A stretch of 63,394 nt of DNA, the filler included, from Anaerolineae bacterium (GTDB taxonomy: Bacteria > Chloroflexota > Anaerolineae > Epilineales > Epilineaceae), in assembly GCA_029262755.1 (NCBI GenBank). It is 6 parts of 6 records of this genome, joined end to end, with 100 filler letters (N's around TTAATTAATTAA, not from the genome) between each part and the next. Parts side by side here need not be neighbours in the genome. Positions count along the whole stretch, not along the records: positions 49,945 to 58,618 come from JAJCYU010000232.1; positions 58,719 to 63,394 come from JAJCYU010000241.1; 4 more parts are not named here. One strand, 5' to 3'. Under the pieces are notes generated by a model. The model did not search any database. It was given only the letters and a program-made list of their open reading frames with translations, and was not told where the DNA came from. The position numbers were made by a program, and so were the translations under genes. Of this stretch, positions 57,165 through 63,394 are shown in pieces; the stretch's first letter is position 1, and every line of letters begins with the position of its first letter.

Positions 57165-57712
57165 GGCAGGGTCCTCCACGATGTGGAGGGCAGAGGCACC
57201 ATGCCATTACGCAGCCGGCTGGCGGATGTTATGGGCAGTCCGAACAGGCCCTACGTGGATCAGTCGTCGAACGCGAGGGTGAACCGAACCGTGGCAACGG
57301 GCGCCGGTCGCAAGCACGGTGGCCGGCGTGCGCATGGCGAGCGGGCCGGGCCGTTCGAGGATCGTCATCCCGAAAGGCCCAACCCGCTCGCACTAGGGGT
57401 AGGTACGCTTCTTGTCACGCGACACCGGACGGTGCCCTTCCCGGGTGCACGGCGAACCGCGCCGACGAACGCACAACGCGAAGCAGATACAGGCTACGCC
57501 GGATGCGTTGCACGTGCGTCCCACCGGGTGGGGGCGGGCAGCGAGGGTGGGCGTCGGGTGTACGACCGGGCGCGCAGCGGATCCGCGGGGGGCAAGGGCG
57601 CACGCTCAAGCATTCGACTTGAAATGGCGTAGGAGGTCGTTCGCGAAGGGGACCGCGCACAGGATGACGCTTCATACTGCGCCCCATTGCTGCGCTCCCT
57701 GTGGCGCACACG

Positions 57713-57790
57713 ACCGCGCACACGACCGCGCTACGTATCGAGTACGGAATCGCGCTACGGATCGCGGAGGACATCGCGATTCGGATCACA
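57713..57790. repeat. 12-bp-periodic degenerate repeat (AYCGCG core) x7, intergenic
   Basis: Cores at 57713, 57725, 57737, 57749, 57761, 57773, 57785. Confidence 0.6.
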
Positions 57791-57887
57791 CGGTGCCGAC
57801 AACTCGGGCGCTCGCGCGCGAGCGCACCCAGCTCAGCCCGGCCATCACTCCGGCGCTCGCGCCTGCGCTCCCCTGCTCTCTCCTGGC

Positions 57888-58618
57888 TCAGCCCGGCCAT
57901 GGCTGCGTGCCGCGGCAGCGGGCGAGGCGCATCAGCGAACGGACCGCGCGTTCAAGGCTGCGGCGATCCGTGGCGGAGAGGACGGCCCGCGGATCGGCGG
58001 TCATGGAGGTGAGCGTGGCTACGTCGGCATCGGCGCCGAGCGCGACGGCGAATACGGCTACGTCGAGCGCGCGTAGTGCGTTTACGGCGGCGATGGCCTC
58101 CGGCGGCGGCACGGGGCTCACGCGGCCGTCGCCGATCAGGAGAACGACGCGGGCGGCGGTGCTGCGGGGCGGCGAGGCGGCGAAGACGTCGGCTGCGACC
58201 TGCAGGCCGCGGTCGAGGCGAGACCAACGGCCTGCCGGGGGCAGAACGAGTGCCTCGCGTACGGCGCTGCGTTGCAACGTCAACGGGCCGGCGGACTCCG
58301 CGTCGTCCCCGTAGCGTACGAGGGCGACACGGTCGCCGCCGGGCGACGGGCCGCCCGGTAGCCGCTCAACGAGGGCGCCCACGGTGCCGGCAACGGCGGC
58401 TGCGCTCGCGGAGCCATCCGCCAGCCGTGCGCGCATGCTCGCCGATGCGTCGATCAGCAGGACAAGGTCGAGATCGACCGAACCAGGGTCGCCGCACGCG
58501 CCAGCCAGCGCCAAGGGCAGGTGGAGTGTAGTAAGGCGCGGCGGGGACGTGGATGGGGTTGGTGTGGGCCGAGAGGTTCCGGTCGTCGGGGTCGCGCTGG
58601 GGGTGGCGGGGCCGATCC
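57888..58618 (-). CDS. C-terminal part of a Pro/Thr-linker + vWA protein (5' lost in gap)
   Basis: From gap: IGPATPSATPTT..TTLHLPLALAGAC..LVLLIDASAS..DRVALVRY..LIGDG..LARCRGTQPWPG*. Confidence 0.8.
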
Positions 58619-58718
58619 NNNNNNNNNNNNNNNNNNNNNNNNNNNNNNNNNNNNNNNNNNNNTTAATTAATTAANNNNNNNNNNNNNNNNNNNNNNNNNN
58701 NNNNNNNNNNNNNNNNNN
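58619..58718. other. Artificial contig spacer
   Basis: N-TTAATTAATTAA-N. Confidence 0.98.
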
Positions 58719-59270
58719 GGCGCGACGAAGGATCATTCGGATGGAGGGCTCGTACGAGCCATGGCGGCCGGCGAGGCCGATGCTCTGCGCGCGTTGTACG
58801 AGCGGCACGGGTCGCGCGTCCTGGCCTATCTACGGGGACGCGTGCCGACCGCCGAGCTCGCCGAAGAGGTTCTCCAGGACGTGTTCATGGCTGCATGGCG
58901 CACCGCGGGCAACTTCCGCGGCGACAGCAAGGTGCTCACGTGGTTGTTGACGATCGCCCACCACCGCGCCATCAACGCCATGCGGCGGCGGCGCCTGCAG
59001 CGTGTCCCCCTCGAGGACCGGTTCGTCGCCGATGACGCGGCATCGGACCCGGATTCGCGCGCAGAGAAGCGCACGGACGTAACACACGCGCTGCGCGGCC
59101 TGCCGGAGACACAGCGCGAGGCTTTAGAGCTGGTGTTTTTCCACGGACTTTCGATCGCGCAAACGGCGGCGGTGCTCGCAGTCGCACCCGGCACCGTCAA
59201 GAGCCGCATCCACCGAGCGAAGGCCGCGCTGCGCGACCGTCTCGTCGACGAGGATTCCGACCATGTCTGA
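58719..59270 (+). CDS. ECF sigma factor (probably 5' truncated)
   Basis: SDGGLVRAMAAGEADALRALYERH, AEEVLQDVF, WLLTIAHHRA, PGTVKSRIHRA. Confidence 0.92.
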   Translation, partial: GATKDHSDGGLVRAMAAGEADALRALYERHGSRVLAYLRGRVPTAELAEEVLQDVFMAAWRTAGNFRGDSKVLTWLLTIAHHRAINAMRRRRLQRVPLEDRFVADDAASDPDSRAEKRTDVTHALRGLPETQREALELVFFHGLSIAQTAAVLAVAPGTVKSRIHRAKAALRDRLVDEDSDHV

Positions 59271-60882
59271 TCGCCCGCAGCCTGACCTATTGGCCTATCT
59301 GGCCGGCGACCTCGACGCCTCCGCTCGTGCTCGGGTAGAAGCGGAGCTCGCGCGGTCGTCGTCCGCCCGTGCGGAGTTGGCCACGTGGCGCCGGCTTTCC
59401 GCAGCCGTCAGCACCGAGGCCGGACTCGACCCGCTGCCGCTGCCGTCGATCGAACCGCTGATCGAGGCTATCGGCGGGCCATCCCACGCGCCCGGTGCAT
59501 GGCGCTCCGGCTGGGCAGCGCGACCGTGGACGACGATCGCGGCTATCGTCGCGGTCGCGGCGCTGCTCGCCCTTGCGGGCCGCGGATGGCCGCTGCAAAG
59601 CACCCTCGAAGTCGGATCGAGCGATGGTGTGCGAGACGGGGCCGGACTGGAACCAGGAGGCGAGCCCGTCGCGATTGCGCGGAAGGCCGAAGGAAGCGGC
59701 ATCCAACCCACATTGATTGCGCGCCGAATCCAGCCGCAGCGTGAGGCGCCTTCGGCGCTTGCCCCGGATGATTCGGGTGGCAACGATGGGCGGCCGAACG
59801 CTTCGGAGAGGGCGACGGGACGTCTGCCCGGCCGCACCGACGGTAGTTCGCGGGTCGCAGACGGCTCGCGTTCCCCTGGCGGCGCGTTGGGCGCACAAGA
59901 CGGCCCGCCGGCTGGCGCTGACGACAGCGCTCCCTTCAGCGCGACCGGCCAGGAACCAACCGATCGGCCGCCCGCTGAGAACCGGAATCCGGAGTCAGGG
60001 GGACAGGAGCCGCCGAAGAGGGTTGAAGACGCGCCCAAGGCCCCCCCGGAGCCGACCGAGCCGCAGCCAACACCGGCACCGGCGACGCAGCCACCGACCT
60101 CTGCTCCGCCGTCCACACCGACCGCCGAACCCCAACCGACCGATCCGTCGCTTGGGCCGAAGGTCGTGCTACGCGTGCTGGAGCTATCGGGCGCAGCCGT
60201 GCCGGAGGCGCGCGTCCTCGGGTACGCGCAGGGTGTCGACGCGCCCGTGCACTTCGCGTTCAACACGGATTCCGGCGCGTGGAATGCAACGTTGGACGCC
60301 GGAGTCTGGTGGATCTACGCCGACACGCCGGACGGTCGGCTGGCGGCCCGGTGGCTCGGCGATGTCAGCCATCCAATGCAGAGCGTTCCGGTCCCATTGG
60401 CGCGGGGCCAATCGCTGGACCTTACGCTCCATCTGGACGCAATGGCCGCGGCATCGACCGTCGGAGGCATCGTTCGGGACGAGACCGGCGAGCCGATGCC
60501 GAACGCGTTGATCGTCGCCGAGCCGGTCGGGCAAGCCGGAGCCGGCGCGCGTGCGGCCCTGACCTTCGGTCCCGATGCCGGGGACGCACGTGGCCGATAC
60601 GTGCTGCGTCTTCCCGCGGGACGGTGGCGGCTCGGCGTCGCACGGGATCGCGGGAGCCGCGAACCGTCGTGGTGGCGTTTCGGCGGTGACGAGGGCCTCA
60701 TCGAGGTCGCGCCGGGCGATACGCGCTACGACGTGGATGTGGAGATCGGCCGGCGAGCCCCGGTAGGCGGCGCGAGCGACGCCCAGCGCGACGGAAGCGA
60801 CGAGGGTGCCGGCCGAGATGGTGGTTTCGTGCCCGCGCCTCCTCGCATTTTGCCCCCTGCCTCGCCCGCCGACGATGGATAG
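59263..60882 (+). CDS. Putative anti-sigma factor: cytoplasmic ASD, TM, Pro-rich linker, carboxypeptidase-regulatory-like beta domains
   Basis: Overlaps sigma stop; LLAYLAGDLD..VEAELARS (zf-HC2-like without Cys/His); TM; VGGIVRDETGEPMPNA..GRYVLRLPAG. Confidence 0.72.
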   Translation: MSDRPQPDLLAYLAGDLDASARARVEAELARSSSARAELATWRRLSAAVSTEAGLDPLPLPSIEPLIEAIGGPSHAPGAWRSGWAARPWTTIAAIVAVAALLALAGRGWPLQSTLEVGSSDGVRDGAGLEPGGEPVAIARKAEGSGIQPTLIARRIQPQREAPSALAPDDSGGNDGRPNASERATGRLPGRTDGSSRVADGSRSPGGALGAQDGPPAGADDSAPFSATGQEPTDRPPAENRNPESGGQEPPKRVEDAPKAPPEPTEPQPTPAPATQPPTSAPPSTPTAEPQPTDPSLGPKVVLRVLELSGAAVPEARVLGYAQGVDAPVHFAFNTDSGAWNATLDAGVWWIYADTPDGRLAARWLGDVSHPMQSVPVPLARGQSLDLTLHLDAMAAASTVGGIVRDETGEPMPNALIVAEPVGQAGAGARAALTFGPDAGDARGRYVLRLPAGRWRLGVARDRGSREPSWWRFGGDEGLIEVAPGDTRYDVDVEIGRRAPVGGASDAQRDGSDEGAGRDGGFVPAPPRILPPASPADDG

Positions 60883-61007
60883 TTGGTGGTAGGCAGCTTC
60901 GCTCTCGCGTCGCACCGGCTTCGGTGTACCGCGGATAGGCAAAGGGCTCCCTCTGCTACAATCCGCCCGCAACCCACTGCGGGACTGCGTACGGAAGGAG
61001 CGAGAGC

Positions 61008-61709
61008 ATGAGCGCACGAGGCGATCAACGGGTGCTGGTGGTAGACGACGAGCCGGACATCATTGACTTGGCCGCCATGTATCTCGGCAGCGAGGGATTT
61101 CTTGTATCGCGTGCGCGCAATGGCAAAGAGGCGCTCGATCAGGTGCGCGCCGATCCCCCAGACCTCGTCATCCTGGACGTAATGCTGCCCGGGATGGACG
61201 GATGGGAGATCTGCCGTAGGCTGCGCGCGAGCAGCGACGTGCCGATCATCATGCTTACCGCCCGCGGAGATCCCATCGATCGCGTCGTCGGCCTTGAGCT
61301 CGGTGCGGATGACTACATCGTCAAGCCCTTCCACGGGCGCGAGTTGGTCGCGCGTGCGCGGGCCGTGCTGCGCCGGGCGCGCGGCGAGCCTGCCGCCGAT
61401 GCGACGGACGTCGCGGTCCACGTGGGCGACGTGACGATCGACCCTGCCCGGCGCGAAGTGCACGTTGCTTCTACATCGGTTGACATGCGCGCGCGTGAGT
61501 TCGACCTGTTGCTCTACATGGCGCGCAACGAAGGGCTCGTCCAGAGTCGGGACCAGTTGCTCGAACGGGTATGGGGATACGACTTTTTGGGCGACAGCCG
61601 CACGGTAGACGTGCATATCGCCCACGTACGCAGCCGGATTGCCGCCAGCGAGACGGTCCGGATCGATACGGTGTGGGGAGTCGGCTACAAGCTCGTAGTC
61701 GATAAATAG
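61008..61709 (+). CDS. OmpR-family response regulator
   Basis: VLVVDDE, LDVMLPGMDG, GADDYIVKPF, SRTVDVHI, TVWGVGYK. Confidence 0.96.
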   Translation: MSARGDQRVLVVDDEPDIIDLAAMYLGSEGFLVSRARNGKEALDQVRADPPDLVILDVMLPGMDGWEICRRLRASSDVPIIMLTARGDPIDRVVGLELGADDYIVKPFHGRELVARARAVLRRARGEPAADATDVAVHVGDVTIDPARREVHVASTSVDMRAREFDLLLYMARNEGLVQSRDQLLERVWGYDFLGDSRTVDVHIAHVRSRIAASETVRIDTVWGVGYKLVVDK

Positions 61710-61744
61710 GACTCCCGTTACATCCGTCCAATACTGTGGCGCTC

Positions 61745-63346
61745 ATGCCTCAGACTCTTCGCAATCGTTTGTTGCTCGGCTACGTCTTGCTCGCCTTGCT
61801 CAGCGTGGTGCTTGCCAGCTCCGCGGCCCTGGCCTTATTCGGACGAAGGCTGGTGCGTGACGCGCAGGCGGGCATGGTCGATACGGCGCTCGCCGCGGCA
61901 TCCCGCATCGAATCCTGGGAGTCGGATCCCGCCTTCTTGATACTCGGGGACGACGACGAGGATCCGGGTCCGGACAGCGCGCGTGCACTGGCCGTCGCGT
62001 TGCGGCGAACGCTGGGACCCTCCGCCGGTCTGATCGTCGACGGCGAAGGGCAGCCTGCGGAACCCTTCCAAGGAGCCGACCTCGATGCCCGCGAAGGCGG
62101 CGGGGGTCCCCGGGGTCGTGGGTTCGGGAGTCTCGGCGGACCCGGATCCGGTTCCGGTTCCGGTTCCGGTTCCGGAAGAGGCCGTCCTCCGCTCAACCTG
62201 AGCGGGTTCCGCTTTCCACCGGTCGGGCTTGCCCCCGGGGGCCGGCCCTCCGTCGAGCGTCTGGAACCAGGCGCTGGTCCGGCGCTCTTCTACACGACGG
62301 CGCCGGTTCCCGGAATCGCGGCGTCGCTTGGACTGGAGGCGGCACACGTGGTGGTGGTTCGGCCCAGCCGCGAGCTGCGCGGAATGTGGTTGACCATGGT
62401 GCCCTCGGTCGCCCTCGCCGGCTCACTTGCCGTGCTGGCCGCTGGACTCGTGGCCGCAGCGGTGGCCGGCTCTATTACACGGCCGATCGAGGCCGTCACC
62501 GCGGGCAGCGCCCGCTTGGCCGGCGGGGATCACGATGTGCGGGTTCCTGTAGAAGGTGCGGCGGAGTTCCGCAGCCTTGCCCATTCCTTCAACGCCATGG
62601 CCTTCGAAGTCGGGCAGGCCCACGACCGCCAGCGCGACTTCGTGGTCAACGTCAGCCACGATCTGCGCACTCCCCTGACCACCATCCGTGGCTTCGCAGA
62701 AGCCCTACGCGACGGGACCGCGAAGAGCCAAGAGCAGCAAGATGCGGCCGCACGCGCCATCGCCGCCGGCGCGACAAGGATGGCTGCGCTCGTCGAGGAA
62801 CTGCTCGACTTGGCACGCCTCGAAGGCCAGCAGGGCGGTTTGGAGCGTTCACGGGTCGCGCTCTCTCCCCTCATTGAAGATATCACCGCAGATCTCCGGG
62901 GCGCGGCCGGCGAGCGCGACGTTCGCTTTCTGGTCGATGTCGAGAAGGGCCTGACGGCATGGGCCGATCGCTCGTGGCTGTCCAGAGCACTGCTCAACCT
63001 CATCGGCAACGGGGTCGTGCACGGGCCGCGCGGCGGCACGGTCCGCATCACGGTCCGAAGCGCGGATGCCCAGCAGGGTGCGCAGCAAGGTGCGGGCGTA
63101 GCGGGCGTGTCGATGGAGATTCAGGACGAAGGGAACGGCATCTCGGCGGCACAGCAACAGCGCATCTTCGAGCGCTTCTACCGAGGCGATCCGGCTCGCA
63201 GTGCGGGCGGAAGTGGTCTCGGGCTGGCCATCGCTCGCGAGATCATCGAGGCACACGGCGGATTCATCGAGGTCGGCGGCGACGAGTCCACCTCGACCAC
63301 GTTCAGCGTGTGGCTGCCCGGACCGGTCGCACGCCACCCCGCATGA
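61745..63346 (+). CDS. HAMP-domain sensor histidine kinase
   Basis: Two TMs, HAMP, H-box VSHDLRTPLT, N-box NLIGNG, DEGNGI, FERFYR, GSGLGLAI. Confidence 0.95.
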   Translation: MPQTLRNRLLLGYVLLALLSVVLASSAALALFGRRLVRDAQAGMVDTALAAASRIESWESDPAFLILGDDDEDPGPDSARALAVALRRTLGPSAGLIVDGEGQPAEPFQGADLDAREGGGGPRGRGFGSLGGPGSGSGSGSGSGRGRPPLNLSGFRFPPVGLAPGGRPSVERLEPGAGPALFYTTAPVPGIAASLGLEAAHVVVVRPSRELRGMWLTMVPSVALAGSLAVLAAGLVAAAVAGSITRPIEAVTAGSARLAGGDHDVRVPVEGAAEFRSLAHSFNAMAFEVGQAHDRQRDFVVNVSHDLRTPLTTIRGFAEALRDGTAKSQEQQDAAARAIAAGATRMAALVEELLDLARLEGQQGGLERSRVALSPLIEDITADLRGAAGERDVRFLVDVEKGLTAWADRSWLSRALLNLIGNGVVHGPRGGTVRITVRSADAQQGAQQGAGVAGVSMEIQDEGNGISAAQQQRIFERFYRGDPARSAGGSGLGLAIAREIIEAHGGFIEVGGDESTSTTFSVWLPGPVARHPA

Positions 63347-63394
63347 ACGGCAGGTAGACCGACCACCGTGGCGGCACGGCGGTCGCAAGGTCCG

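Noticed and set aside
19017..58718. Recurrent TTAATTAATTAA palindromes flanked by Ns
   Set aside because: Identical 100-nt artificial contig linkers, not biology.

Overview
GC-rich (~70%) bacterial DNA, most consistent with a Chloroflexota (Anaerolineae/Ardenticatenia-like) draft genome. This assignment is inferred from gene style: Pro/Thr-linker surface proteins with [IML][FWYH]LP motifs, LysM/L,D-transpeptidase pairs and a PurS-PurL fusion. The window is six contig pieces joined by five artificial 100-nt N-TTAATTAATTAA-N spacers, so adjacency across gaps is unproven. It contains housekeeping genes (mutS2, purL, gcdH, rfbD, glcF/glcD, TrmH- and RsmC-like methyltransferases, a CPA1 antiporter, an OmpR/kinase pair), two ECF sigma/anti-sigma pairs and many large secreted modular proteins (vWA, LVIVD, NHL, SdrD-like, CotH, ExeM-like nuclease, PMP-repeat). 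No rRNA, tRNA, CRISPR array, integrase or transposase was recognised. Signals not explained by the gene calls: (1) a 10-bp-phased direct-repeat array upstream of a BldC/Xis-like HTH gene that heads a LysM cell-wall gene cluster; (2) six 9-bp palindromes spaced exactly 22 bp apart upstream of an HU-like gene; (3) a shared short xLP motif in six secreted proteins, three of them followed by a Cys-bracketed vWA domain; (4) two copies of a 160-bp MITE with TWA target duplications and co-varying termini; (5) an in-frame UGA followed by a SECIS-shaped hairpin inside a vWA gene.
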